Below are positions 38,480-48,161 of a DNA stretch of 64,000 nucleotides, one piece after another. A model generated the notes under the pieces. The model worked only from the letters and a program-made list of their open reading frames with translations, was not told the origin of the DNA and ran no database searches. The translations under genes and the position numbers were made by a program. Position 1 is the stretch's first letter. The number at the start of each line of letters is the position of its first letter. Source of the DNA: an uncultured Planctomicrobium sp. (GTDB lineage Bacteria; Planctomycetota; Planctomycetia; Planctomycetales; Planctomycetaceae); contig CALFTD010000318.1 in the NCBI GenBank assembly GCA_937916275.1, forward strand, positions 27,446 through 91,445, in the 5' to 3' direction.

Positions 38480-39481
38480 CTATGATTTCTGAGAACTTCT
38501 GTACTTTTGAAGTGCTTCGAGTGTGTTCTGGAAATCTGTTGGCAACGGAGCTTCGAACTCCATGATGGCGTCAGTTGTGGGGTGGCGAATCGACAAGCGG
38601 AAAGCATGTAATGCTTGTCGTGCGAGGATCGGTTGCTCGTCAGGGAGTTGCTCGGTCTGTGCGAGTTCAGAGGCGAAAACTTTTTCGTGTCCCGCGTAGA
38701 GTCGATCAGCCATGATCGGTGTTTTCAGATGTTGTAGATGGACACGTAATTGATGTGTACGACCTGTTTCGGGGAGGAGTTGCACATGCGTGTATCCATG
38801 AAATCGTTCGAGGACATGATACTTTGTTACCGCTTCCCGGGATTTCTCTTCGGGTGGGCAGACAATCATCTTCTCTCGGACCTTAGGGTGCGTCTTCAGG
38901 TGAGTGCGAATGTAATCGTTGTCTCGGTCGATCACACCTTGCGTCAACGCTCGGTATTCTTTCTTAACAGTTCGCTGTTCAAACTGCTTGGTAAGTTGAT
39001 GGTGGACCTGATTGTTTTTCGCAATCACGATACAGCCAGTAGTGTCTCGGTCGAGGCGATGTACGATTCCCGGTCGAAGTTGACCAGCGATGTCGCTGAG
39101 TTGATCGAAGTGATACTGAACAGCGGATGCCAGTGTCCCTGTGTAGTTAGATTTCCCAGGATGCGTTACCAAATCGGCATGTTTGTTGATGACTGCAATG
39201 TCGTCATCTTCGTATATGACTTCAATCGGAATGTTTTCCGCAGCGATCCCACTGTCGGGTTCTTCTGGAAGTTTGACAGAAATCCGATCATTCACACGCA
39301 ATCGTCGCGAGGGTTTGACAGACAATCCGTTGACGAGGACTGCGTCTTGTTCGATGGCGCGTTGAAATTGTCCCCGGCTGTGATTGGGGAAGATGCGGCT
39401 GAGATAGTGGTCAACCCGCCAACCATGAGCGCGCCCCTCGACGGTGAGAGTTTGAGGGGTTTTCGTGAGGTCTTCGCTCAT
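38480..39481 (-). CDS. rluD: RluA-family 23S rRNA pseudouridine synthase (RluD-like)
   Basis: 333-aa ORF with an S4-like N-terminus (RVDHYLS), catalytic HRLDRDTTG, and the HQLRVH motif. Confidence 0.85.
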   Translation of the reverse strand: MSEDLTKTPQTLTVEGRAHGWRVDHYLSRIFPNHSRGQFQRAIEQDAVLVNGLSVKPSRRLRVNDRISVKLPEEPDSGIAAENIPIEVIYEDDDIAVINKHADLVTHPGKSNYTGTLASAVQYHFDQLSDIAGQLRPGIVHRLDRDTTGCIVIAKNNQVHHQLTKQFEQRTVKKEYRALTQGVIDRDNDYIRTHLKTHPKVREKMIVCPPEEKSREAVTKYHVLERFHGYTHVQLLPETGRTHQLRVHLQHLKTPIMADRLYAGHEKVFASELAQTEQLPDEQPILARQALHAFRLSIRHPTTDAIMEFEAPLPTDFQNTLEALQKYRSSQKS

Positions 39482-39506
39482 TGGTGGCTTGCAATAATTT
39501 CTCGGT

Positions 39507-39535
39507 GTTTAGCCAGCCACTTAAAGTGGCTGCTA
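39507..39535. repeat. GTTTAGC-type hairpin, variant copy
   Basis: gtttagccagccac-ttaaa-gtggctgcta has a 7-bp core that extends with one bulge. It abuts the TAA (39536-38) of the upstream gene. Confidence 0.7.
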
Positions 39536-40663
39536 TTAGCTTTCATCAGATGTTTCAGAATCTGATTCATCTGCCGGAGCTGGCTCGGGTTTGGCGTCTT
39601 CTTCAGCTTTTTCTGGAGTTTCTGCTGGAGCAGGCTCAGGTGTCGCCTCTGGCTTTGGAGATTCAGTCTTTTCAGGTGTCTCCACAGGCTTATCTGTTTC
39701 AGTAGGTTTAGCTTCTTCGGTGGGCTTATCTGTCTTTGGTGCAGCAGGCTTAGCATCTTCAGGCTTTGCTTTGCCTTCAGGAGCCGGGAAAGGCTTCGCA
39801 GGTTTTGAATCCTTCTCAGCCTCTTCTTTTGCTTTCATTTCTTCATCGGTCGGAACGGTGTTCTCGTTCTCGGCACCGGTTCCAGTCGGTGGTAATATCA
39901 GGCTTGGGTCACTGAGAAGATCCAGATCGCTGGTTTCGGGAGGCTCAGGGAGATTGTTTAGTAAGTCTGATGGAAGTTGGCGATCAGACGGTTTTGGATT
40001 CTGCTCACGAAACCAGGCGTAGAATTCTTGAGTCGGCTTCTTCTCTAGCACTAAGATTCTTTGTTCAACCCAAGCCTTATGGATTGACTCAGGAAATTCC
40101 TTCATAAGCTTTTGGTAAGCTTCAATTGCTGGTGCGGGATCGGAACCTGATAGGACTTCACGGGCGGTTCCTAATCCGAAGAGGGCTTCTTCACGAGCTT
40201 TCGCAGGCGCTTTGCTGTTCTTTAGAAGTTCTTCGAATGCTTCAACTGCTTCGTTCAAACGAGTGTCACTCACTTCGCGATTCGAAAGAGCGTTGCTCAT
40301 TCCTTCCTGAAGGTAACCTTTGCCAGCTTGCAGGAGAGCCCAGGAACCAACAGCGGAGCCCGAGTCTTTTTCAGCGAGTTGTGAAAAGTCTTCAGGAGCA
40401 CTGTAAGAAACAAACTTTTCCCATTGCTCAGCGGAGCCAGAATTCGAAGAGTTGGTCACAAACAAAACGGTGACGACCACTACTGCGAGAGCGATGCTAC
40501 CCAGCAAAATTTGATTTGCATAAGGCTTCAGCTTCTTACCGAGCGTGGTCAACCACTTTTCGAGTTCTGTTTTTTCAGCCTCGTGGTGGTAGTGATGCTC
40601 CGGTGGAGCATTTGGGTCATCCGAAGTGACTGGGGCAGGTGGTTGTGTAGTTTGTTCGCTCAT
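39536..40663 (-). CDS. hypothetical single-pass membrane protein, YfgM/TPR-like middle, P/E/K/T/A-rich acidic tail
   Basis: 375-aa ORF with one TM segment (ILLGSIALAVVVVTVLFV), a helical TPR-like region and a low-complexity C-terminus (PEKTESPKPEATPEPAPAETPEKAEED). Confidence 0.45.
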   Translation of the reverse strand: MSEQTTQPPAPVTSDDPNAPPEHHYHHEAEKTELEKWLTTLGKKLKPYANQILLGSIALAVVVVTVLFVTNSSNSGSAEQWEKFVSYSAPEDFSQLAEKDSGSAVGSWALLQAGKGYLQEGMSNALSNREVSDTRLNEAVEAFEELLKNSKAPAKAREEALFGLGTAREVLSGSDPAPAIEAYQKLMKEFPESIHKAWVEQRILVLEKKPTQEFYAWFREQNPKPSDRQLPSDLLNNLPEPPETSDLDLLSDPSLILPPTGTGAENENTVPTDEEMKAKEEAEKDSKPAKPFPAPEGKAKPEDAKPAAPKTDKPTEEAKPTETDKPVETPEKTESPKPEATPEPAPAETPEKAEEDAKPEPAPADESDSETSDES

Positions 40664-40853
40664 GGCGGTCCGACATCCTGGCGTCTGAATACGTCATCCG
40701 TGCTCAAGAGATTCGTGAAATTACAAATCTTCGAGTAACATAAATTATCTGTCTCAAAGTCCCAGTATAAGTAGGTTTATGAAAACTGGTCAAGCTGCGG
40801 TCTTCTGGAAGACTATTCCATCTCAGAAAATCCCTGAATTTACCTGCTCTGGC

Positions 40854-41158
40854 GTTAGCCCAATGGTATCTACATAGTCTCTACTCCGAAGGAGTTTCAG
40901 CCATTAGCCGGTGGTTTTGAGCGCAGCGACACCACCGGTTCATTGATCTTCAGCGAGTGCATCCTGAAGGGATGCCAGCAGATGAAGTGTAAGTGATCCT
41001 CTTGTTTCTCAGGTGTTTGCACGTTCAAAGCTGTGATCCCTCCGGGATAATGTGGACGGTGTGACCTCATTCCGGTGGTGACGCTGCGCTCACCACCGGC
41101 TAATCGCTACGACCCCGCCGGGGTTAAGTTCACACAAAGTCGACGACATTGGGCTAAC
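40854..41158. mobile_element. 305-bp MITE-like long imperfect palindrome
   Basis: 12-bp perfect termini gttagcccaatg (40854-65) and cattgggctaac (41147-58). Sub-terminal mirrored modules are attagccggtggt..gagcgcagcg.caccaccgg (40908-38 and 41072-99). Small hairpins are ctccgaaggag, gcatcctgaagggatgc, atccctccgggat and ccccgccgggg. Confidence 0.7.
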
Positions 41159-41302
41159 ACTCGATAACCATAAGTTCCGCAGTGAACTTGCTTTCGGTGA
41201 TTGCCCTGTGACAGTTCTCTTGGTAGCTTGGAAGAATAATGCAAACAGGATTTGCCGCTGAAACGTATCGAGTTGCGTCATCTGCGGTTCAACATCCCTT
41301 TG

Positions 41303-42916
41303 ATGAGGCATTTTCGCATGTTCAATCTGAAAATTTCTACTGCAACTGTGGTAGCGTTCGCCTGTTGTCTCACCTTGCTTACCGCGAATCCATTGGCTGC
41401 GCAGAGTGGATCTCCTTCCAAACTGCTGTTCTTAGGACCGAATCGTCCGGTATTATTCGAGATGGAATTTATTGCAGGGCGTTTTAGTATCGCAGAGATG
41501 CGTAGTCGCTACGCTGCTGAGGTCTTTAAACAGCTGGACACGAATGAAGACCAACAATTAGACGCAGAAGAAGCGAAGCAAATTCCTAGTGAAGGACGGC
41601 TGCAAGTCGGGGTTGATCGGCTTGGCGACAAATGGACAACGGTTGATGTCTCGCCACAAGACGGGAAAGTTTCACTTGAAGAACTCTCAACGTATATCAG
41701 TTCTGCACTTGGTCCGACGCTCTCGATAGAACGCGCACCTCCAAAACTGGCAGCCACAGTACGTTTGTTTTCCGATCTCGATGGCAATCAAGACGGGAAA
41801 ATTTCCGCCACCGAAGTGGAACAAGGTCTTCAGATATTGAAGTCGTTTGATTTTGATGATGACGAAACCTTGAGCGTCGCGGAGCTGCAACCGTTTCCAC
41901 TTTCTGTCATTCAGGCACAACAAGTAGAACAAGCAGGTGAAGAACCGGTTCCCATGTTTTTCCTGAAGGATGATGAAGATGTCGAGGCAGCGATAGCGGG
42001 CGTTTTCTCTCACTATCGAACAAGTGAAAAGATTCCCGCAACTACCTTTTCTGGACTCACCGAGCGTGAGTTTTCTCGCTTTGATTTGAACGATGACCAT
42101 GCCTGGGATCACGATGACCTGGAACTCTACCTCAAGCGGGCACCAACCGATTATATGATGGAAGTCTCGCTCTCTCCGCCGCGAGTGAGTGTTAAAAAGG
42201 GGGAGTACACTGGTGAATCGAGACCGTCGACTCTTGTAGGCGGGTTGCCTGTGGAGTGGATTGCCCGGAATAATGCTTATCAACAGTTCGATGCGACTCG
42301 ACTCTATCTAATTCGGTTCATCATGTCTGATATGGACAAGAACAAGTACCTCGACCCGATGGAATTTACTGGGCTGCAAGCGAACGTTTCTTTTGAAGCG
42401 GTCGATCTTGATGCGAATCAGCAAGTCACACGAGAGGAGATCAAGTTCTTCTTTTCGATGGATGGCCTGGCTGCGCAAAGTCGTCTCATCCTGTCGCTGT
42501 CCAATGAAACGAAAACTCTCTTTGAAATTTTAGATGCGAATCTTGACCGCCGATTGAATCCCCGAGAATTTATGAATGGTCGAAATAGTCTCGCAGAATA
42601 TGATCTCAACAAGGATGAAGCCTTGTTGCCGGATGAACTCAATTCACAATTCCGAGTGACATTCACGCAGCCTAAGCTATTCGAGACAGACCCAACTCGT
42701 GCTCAAAACAATATGATGAATCAACGGCAAGGGATCGTACGACCTGAAACCTCTGGGCCGGTCTGGTTTGGCAGGATGGATGACAACCTGGACGGGGAAG
42801 TTTCGTGGAGAGAATTCCTTGGACCTCGTGAGAAGTTTGACGAACTCGACCTAAACAACGATAACTTCCTTGAACTCTCTGAAGCAGAAGCAGCGGAGGT
42901 GCAGCGCGGCCTTTGA
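41303..42916 (+). CDS. secreted multi-EF-hand calcium-binding protein
   Basis: About nine EF-loop-like DxDxDG-type segments (DTNEDQQLDAEE, DLDGNQDGKISATE, DMDKNKYLDPMEF, DLDANQQVTREE, DDNLDGEVSWREF, DLNNDNFLELSE and others). The signal peptide follows ATG 41303 or 41318; the track start at 41252 is probably too far upstream. Confidence 0.7.
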   Translation: MRHFRMFNLKISTATVVAFACCLTLLTANPLAAQSGSPSKLLFLGPNRPVLFEMEFIAGRFSIAEMRSRYAAEVFKQLDTNEDQQLDAEEAKQIPSEGRLQVGVDRLGDKWTTVDVSPQDGKVSLEELSTYISSALGPTLSIERAPPKLAATVRLFSDLDGNQDGKISATEVEQGLQILKSFDFDDDETLSVAELQPFPLSVIQAQQVEQAGEEPVPMFFLKDDEDVEAAIAGVFSHYRTSEKIPATTFSGLTEREFSRFDLNDDHAWDHDDLELYLKRAPTDYMMEVSLSPPRVSVKKGEYTGESRPSTLVGGLPVEWIARNNAYQQFDATRLYLIRFIMSDMDKNKYLDPMEFTGLQANVSFEAVDLDANQQVTREEIKFFFSMDGLAAQSRLILSLSNETKTLFEILDANLDRRLNPREFMNGRNSLAEYDLNKDEALLPDELNSQFRVTFTQPKLFETDPTRAQNNMMNQRQGIVRPETSGPVWFGRMDDNLDGEVSWREFLGPREKFDELDLNNDNFLELSEAEAAEVQRGL

Positions 42917-43031
42917 ATGTCATAACACGAGTGACAGTTGATCTGTGGCCGCTGGATGGAGGGTCAAGGGGAAGAAACGGAAATTGATAATGCCTACTCG
43001 AACTACCCATCAGAGAAAGTTTTCCCCCTTA

Positions 43032-43066
43032 TTCTCCTCCGTGTCTCAGTGCCTCCGTGGTGAATA
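43032..43066 (-). repeat. solo word array (region E)
   Basis: The rc reads atattcaccacggaggcactgagacacggaggagaa, the same family as A1 and B1. Confidence 0.75.
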
Positions 43067-43149
43067 TCTTTATTGAATGATCGCAACTGCTATAATTTAC
43101 AGATGAACCCAACTCACTGACTGCACTATTGATATACGAAGGAAATACA

Positions 43150-43383
43150 ATGTCTGAAGATTCTCTGGTTCCGATTTATAAGACTCGCAACATCGGCAAA
43201 GCTGAAGTCATTCGTGCTAGCCTTGAAGGTGAAGGGATTCGCTGCGAGATTGAAAACGAACATCAAGCTGGTTTCACCGGAGTCACAAATGTTCGGCTCT
43301 TCGTGTTAGAGAAAGACAAAGACGCCGCTGTCGAATTCATCGACATGCACTCAGAAGGTGGAGAAACCGACGATCCAGCGTAG
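43150..43383 (+). CDS. DUF2007-like small protein (putative signal-transducing domain)
   Basis: 77 aa from ATG 43150. The ..AEVIRASLEGEGIRCEIENE..VLEKDKDAAVEFI.. pattern fits DUF2007. Confidence 0.45.
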   Translation: MSEDSLVPIYKTRNIGKAEVIRASLEGEGIRCEIENEHQAGFTGVTNVRLFVLEKDKDAAVEFIDMHSEGGETDDPA

Positions 43384-43449
43384 TATGCTGCGAAGCGATG
43401 AATCGCGATTTACTAATTCTTAATTCCTAATATCTAATTCCTATTGAAA

Positions 43450-44055
43450 ATGTCCGAGCGAGATCCGATTCCGCGTGAGTTCTATTCAGAATACACTGAG
43501 CTACCATTCTCGACCTGTATCGATTGCGAGTGTTCGCTTCTCGATGAAGAAACGGTTTACTCTGTCGTCAAGCATATTGTTGGCAAAGAGATTGTCTTCG
43601 AAATGGCAATTTGTATGCCCTGTGCTGCGAAGATGCGAGAAGAGTACTCCGAGGAAACATCCGAGAACATCCAGGGATACATTGAGCAGAAACTTCAGGA
43701 AAAACTGAATAAGCTCATGGACAGTATGCCTCCCTCTCTGGAGATGGAAGATGAGGAAGAATCATTCACTCTCGAAGAAGGGTTAGCAACGTGCGCCTTC
43801 TGCAAAAAGCCGCGCAGCGAGTGCCACCGCTATGAAATGGTCGGGCTATTTCAAGAAGACGAAATCCTACTGGAATCGGGACACGGCATCAGCTTCAGTT
43901 CACCCATGATGCTCTGTCAAGATTGCAACTCCGAAGTTTCGAAGTTGATCTCCAAGAAAACCCGCGATACCTGGGACCGCTTCATCGAAGAACATTTCGA
44001 CGGTCCCCCTGGGATTGAGATCGATGGTCCGAAAATGGAACCGATTCTGTTTTAA
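43450..44055 (+). CDS. hypothetical Cys-rich (putative zinc-binding) protein
   Basis: About 201 aa from ATG 43450 with four CxxC pairs (CIDCEC, CMPCAAK, CAFCKK, CQDCNS). Confidence 0.45.
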   Translation: MSERDPIPREFYSEYTELPFSTCIDCECSLLDEETVYSVVKHIVGKEIVFEMAICMPCAAKMREEYSEETSENIQGYIEQKLQEKLNKLMDSMPPSLEMEDEEESFTLEEGLATCAFCKKPRSECHRYEMVGLFQEDEILLESGHGISFSSPMMLCQDCNSEVSKLISKKTRDTWDRFIEEHFDGPPGIEIDGPKMEPILF

Positions 44056-44064
44056 TAACTCTTC

Positions 44065-44096
44065 GTTTTGCCGGACACTTCAAGTGTCCGGCTAAC
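44065..44096. repeat. GTTTAGC-type hairpin, CCGGACAC subfamily
   Basis: gttttgccggacac-ttcaa-gtgtccggctaac has a 9-bp perfect core and begins 10 nt after the preceding stop. Confidence 0.8.
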
Positions 44097-44132
44097 CACA
44101 CTTGATTCATGTAAACACATTGAAATCCAATC

Positions 44133-45125
44133 ATGCCCAAACAAAAAGTTGTTGTCACTGATTTTATCAATCCTCCGCTGAATCATGAAGAAAACATTCT
44201 TGGTGATGTCGCGAGCGTGACTGCGCTGAATGCTTATTCCGAGGATGACCTTGTTGGTCAAATCGAAGATGCTGATGCGATTATGCTGTATCACTTTATT
44301 TCGCTTAGCGAGAAGACAATCAACTCTTTAACGAACTGTAAGTTGATTGTTCGCTGTGGGGTTGGATTCGATAACGTCGATTGGAAACTCGCTCGACAGA
44401 AAGGGATCGATGTTGCCAATGTTCCTGATTACGGAACCGAGGAAGTCGCCGATTCCGCTATCGGCATGATGCTGACGCTGGCTCGCGGGGTGCATTACAT
44501 GAACAACCGTCTGCAACGCGGAGCCGGTCCCTGGATCTACGAACAGGTGAAGCCAACCCATCGCCTGCGGGGGCGAACCTTCGGCATCATCGGAGTCGGA
44601 CGAATCGGGACCGCAACTGCCTTGCGGGCGAAAGCTTTGGGGATGCGTGTCATCTATTACGATCCCCACGTCCCAGATGGCAGAGATAAGTCTCTAGGGA
44701 TCGAACGTATCGAAACTCTCAGCGAGTTGCTCGCTCAATCAGATGTTGTCAGTGCTCACTGCCCGCGCAGCGATGAAACCCAGCACATGCTAAATGATGA
44801 GACAATTGCACAAATGAAACCGGGGTCGTTCCTCGTTAATACTGCTCGGGGCGGAGTTGTCGACGCACATGCCGTGTTGCGGGCAATCGAAGGCAATCAC
44901 TTACGAGGTGCAGCCTTGGATGTGTTGGAAACGGAACCTCCGACGGAGGATGACCCCTTAATGGTTGCTTGGCGAGACCCATCTCATCCGGCATATGACC
45001 GCATCATTATCAATCCTCATGCAGCTTTTTATTCAGAAGAGGGATTGGATGACATGCGGATTAAAGGGAGTCAGAATTGCCTGCGAGTTTTGACTGGGCA
45101 GTCAGCAAGAAACGTGGTAAACTGA
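44133..45125 (+). CDS. D-isomer-specific 2-hydroxyacid dehydrogenase (CtBP-like)
   Basis: 330-aa ORF with NAD motif GIIGVGRIGTA and catalytic R..E..H contexts (NTARGGVVD, INPHAAFYS). Confidence 0.8.
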   Translation: MPKQKVVVTDFINPPLNHEENILGDVASVTALNAYSEDDLVGQIEDADAIMLYHFISLSEKTINSLTNCKLIVRCGVGFDNVDWKLARQKGIDVANVPDYGTEEVADSAIGMMLTLARGVHYMNNRLQRGAGPWIYEQVKPTHRLRGRTFGIIGVGRIGTATALRAKALGMRVIYYDPHVPDGRDKSLGIERIETLSELLAQSDVVSAHCPRSDETQHMLNDETIAQMKPGSFLVNTARGGVVDAHAVLRAIEGNHLRGAALDVLETEPPTEDDPLMVAWRDPSHPAYDRIIINPHAAFYSEEGLDDMRIKGSQNCLRVLTGQSARNVVN

Positions 45126-45328
45126 ACGCACGATCAGTAATTAAGTGTGAGTCTGAGCGAAGTCGTTCGCTTTTCAGTGAAAAAGTCAGCTCCTGCCTTG
45201 CGGAGAGACTTGACGATTCCTGTTTCAAACGACATGATTCGCGTTTCCCCAGAGAAAATGTTTGGGGAAGGTCTATATTAAACTACTGTTATTGATGTAA
45301 GTAGAGAATCTTACGGGAATTAGGTTGA

Positions 45329-45937
45329 ATGGGACGTTACACCGGACCAAAAGCAAGAATCAATCGTCGCCTCGGCTTTCAAGTCTTTGAAAGTGCTGGA
45401 GCGATTCGTGCTTCTGAACGTAAAGAGTATCCTCCGGGAATGGCTCAAAGACGACGAAAAACCAGTAACTATGGTTTGGCTCTCGTTGAGAAGCAAAAAA
45501 TTAAATTCTATTACGGTTTTCGTGAAAAGCACTTACGTCGATATTTCGATAAAGCTCGCCGAACAAAAGGGAACACTGGTGAAAACCTGATGATCCTTTG
45601 CGAACGTCGGCTCGATAACGTCGTACGGCGAGCAGGGTTCTCGAAAACCCGACCACAATCACGTCAGGGAATTGTGCATGGTCACTTCCTTGTGAATGGA
45701 AGACGGGTTGACCGACCCTCATTCATTGTAAAAGCCGGTGATCGTATTACTGTCAAGAATCGACCAAACCTGAAACAACTCTACAAAGAGCAGAGTGAAG
45801 ATTCAGGCGATACTTCAGTCAGTTGGATCAACTTCGACAACACCGACCTGACAGCGATCGTTACTTCGCTGCCAACTTTTGATGATGTCAGCCTGCCGGT
45901 TGACGTTGGTCAAGTTGTGGCGTTCTTGTCACGATAA
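45329..45937 (+). CDS. rpsD: 30S ribosomal protein S4
   Basis: Has the MGRYTGPKARINRRLG N-terminus, and the S4 RNA-binding domain (RLDNVVRRAGF) is present. Confidence 0.95.
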   Translation: MGRYTGPKARINRRLGFQVFESAGAIRASERKEYPPGMAQRRRKTSNYGLALVEKQKIKFYYGFREKHLRRYFDKARRTKGNTGENLMILCERRLDNVVRRAGFSKTRPQSRQGIVHGHFLVNGRRVDRPSFIVKAGDRITVKNRPNLKQLYKEQSEDSGDTSVSWINFDNTDLTAIVTSLPTFDDVSLPVDVGQVVAFLSR

Positions 45938-45954
45938 TCATTGCAGAATCAAAT

Positions 45955-45990
45955 CGGCAATCTGGAGTTTCTCTAGGTTGCCGTTTTTTT
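45955..45990 (+). terminator. Rho-independent terminator of rpsD
   Basis: cggcaatctggag-ttt-ctctaggttgccg forms a 13-bp stem with two G-T pairs, followed by T7. Confidence 0.8.
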
Positions 45991-46059
45991 ATGCGCGATT
46001 GAGACTCCACAACTATGTCACTGGCAAATTAGTTTTCACTTTTACAGACTGGTTCGAAC

Positions 46060-47019
46060 ATGCTGGAACAAAAAATATCTCGCAGAGATTGGCTGACCCA
46101 AGCGGCTCTCTTGGGCATGGTTGGAACCGGTGGGCTTGCTCTCGCTCAAGATCTTCAACCAGCTGAATCGACTACTGAGAAAGCAAAGCGAAAACCTCGC
46201 ATCGCGACGTCGACCTACTCTTACTGGCGATATCGCAAAGACTCCAAGCTGTCCATCGTCAATTGCATCGATCTTGCAGCTGAGGCAAGTTTTGATGGAG
46301 TCGAAGTCTTGCATGTTCAAATGCAGGACGAATCAAATGCAGCCTTGCAAAAAATCAAACAGCGAGCCTTTAGCAACGGTCTCGACTTGTGTGGATTTTC
46401 GACTCATCAATCTTTTGTCTCGCCCGATGCTGAAGTTCGTCAAAAAAACATCGAGCATACAATTCACTGTATTGAGCTTGCTTATGCGATGGGAATTCCC
46501 ACGATGCGAGTCAATACCGGACGCTGGGGAACGATCAAGAGTTTCGACGAATTGATGGCCAACAAAGGAATCGAACCAATCTTACCCGGTCACACTGAAG
46601 ATGAAGGATTCAAATGGGTCATCGATTCCTTAGAGAAATGCTTACCGAAAGCTGAAGAGTGTGGAGTCGTCCTCGGTTTGGAAAATCACTGGGGACTGGG
46701 GCGAACCGCTGAGGGAGTCATTCGAGTTATCGATGCGATTGATTCACCATGGCTGAGAGCCACACTAGATACAGGTAATTTTCTGGAACGGCAATACGAG
46801 CAGTATGAACAACTTGCTCCGTACGCTGCGTTTGTGCAAGCGAAAACCTACATCGGCGGAGGAACGTGGTACACGCTGGACGTTGACTACGAACGAGTTG
46901 CAAAATTGCTCAACGACGTCGATTACTCGGGGTATATTTCGCTTGAATTTGAAGGACAAGCGAAGCACGAGACAGCCATTCCACAAAGTCTGAGAATGCT
47001 CCGCAAAGCTTTTAGTTGA
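46060..47019 (+). CDS. xylose-isomerase-like TIM-barrel protein (sugar phosphate isomerase/epimerase family) with Tat signal
   Basis: 319-aa ORF with twin-arginine signal SRRDWLTQAALLGMVGTGGLALA and the TIM-barrel motifs GLENH and DTGN. Confidence 0.75.
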   Translation: MLEQKISRRDWLTQAALLGMVGTGGLALAQDLQPAESTTEKAKRKPRIATSTYSYWRYRKDSKLSIVNCIDLAAEASFDGVEVLHVQMQDESNAALQKIKQRAFSNGLDLCGFSTHQSFVSPDAEVRQKNIEHTIHCIELAYAMGIPTMRVNTGRWGTIKSFDELMANKGIEPILPGHTEDEGFKWVIDSLEKCLPKAEECGVVLGLENHWGLGRTAEGVIRVIDAIDSPWLRATLDTGNFLERQYEQYEQLAPYAAFVQAKTYIGGGTWYTLDVDYERVAKLLNDVDYSGYISLEFEGQAKHETAIPQSLRMLRKAFS

Positions 47020-47028
47020 TCTGCCGAC

Positions 47029-48156
47029 ATGCCTGAGAAATTGGAGAGTCAATTCACACATTCTGAATTGATCAGTTTGCGCAGGCGGTTGAACCACTGG
47101 TTCCGCAAGCATGGTCGACAACTCCCCTGGAGAGAAACTCGCGATCCGTATCTCATCTGGATCAGCGAAATCATGCTGCAACAAACGACTGTCAAAGCTG
47201 TTGTTCCTTATTTCGAACGCTTCATCAATCGATTCCCTACAGCTCATGAACTCGCAGCTGCGAGTGAGGAAGAAGTTCTTCAGTACTGGGAAGGACTCGG
47301 GTACTACAGCCGTGGTCGAAACATTCGCAAAACTGCAATTTTGATCAGAGATCAGTACGACGGAGTTTTCCCAAAGAGTCTGATTGAACTTCAAAAGCTT
47401 CCCGGAATCGGTCGCTACACTGCCGGTGCGATTCGCTCTTTCGCCTTTGACTTACCTGCACCAATCGTCGAAGCGAACACTTTACGACTCTATTGCCGAC
47501 TGCTGAATTTCGAAGGTGACCCACGCAGCCGGGATGGAGAAAATCTCTTGTGGACCCTAGCTGAAGAACTGCAACCGAAATCCAAAGCAGGACAAGTCAA
47601 TCAGGCACTGATGGAGCTTGGTTCACAAGTCTGCACGCCGGTCGAACCGAAATGTGAAACATGCTCAATCTCGATGTACTGTCATGCGTTTGAGTGCGGA
47701 ACACAAAATGAAATCCCTCTCAAAAAAGTCCGCCCCAAGGTAACGCAAGTTGTTGAGGCGACAGTCGCTGTTCACCATCAGGGGGAATACCTGGTAAGGC
47801 AAAGGCAACCAGAAGAACGCTGGGCAGGGATGTGGGACTTCGTTCGTTTCCCGATTAAGAGTGTCACTTTCAAAGATAAAATAACGAAAGCAAGACAATC
47901 TCAATTGCAGTCAGAGATCCAGAATGTATTAACCGAGGAATACCATCTCAGTATTGAATCACTACAAGTCGTCACGGAAATCAAACACAGTGTCACACGC
48001 TATCGGATTCGACTTTTATGCTGTGAGGCAGAGCTTAATTCGAAGATGAATTCTGTTGAGATCGAGAATACTCAATGGCTGACGTTAGCCGAACTAGAAA
48101 ACCTCCCCATGCCGATCACCGGTCGTCAGTTCTCGCAAGAACTTGCGAGAACGTGA
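47029..48156 (+). CDS. mutY: A/G-specific adenine DNA glycosylase
   Basis: 375-aa ORF with the HhH-GPD region (LPGIGRYTAGAI), the 4Fe-4S loop CTPVEPKCETCSISMYC, and a NUDIX-like C-terminal domain. Confidence 0.9.
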   Translation: MPEKLESQFTHSELISLRRRLNHWFRKHGRQLPWRETRDPYLIWISEIMLQQTTVKAVVPYFERFINRFPTAHELAAASEEEVLQYWEGLGYYSRGRNIRKTAILIRDQYDGVFPKSLIELQKLPGIGRYTAGAIRSFAFDLPAPIVEANTLRLYCRLLNFEGDPRSRDGENLLWTLAEELQPKSKAGQVNQALMELGSQVCTPVEPKCETCSISMYCHAFECGTQNEIPLKKVRPKVTQVVEATVAVHHQGEYLVRQRQPEERWAGMWDFVRFPIKSVTFKDKITKARQSQLQSEIQNVLTEEYHLSIESLQVVTEIKHSVTRYRIRLLCCEAELNSKMNSVEIENTQWLTLAELENLPMPITGRQFSQELART

Positions 48157-48161
48157 GTAAC

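Noticed and set aside
38750-39565. 271-aa ORF on the plus strand
   Set aside because: It lies entirely antisense to the rluD-like gene, whose frame carries the unmistakable HRLDRDTTG and S4 motifs. The antisense product has no recognisable motif, so it is a shadow ORF.
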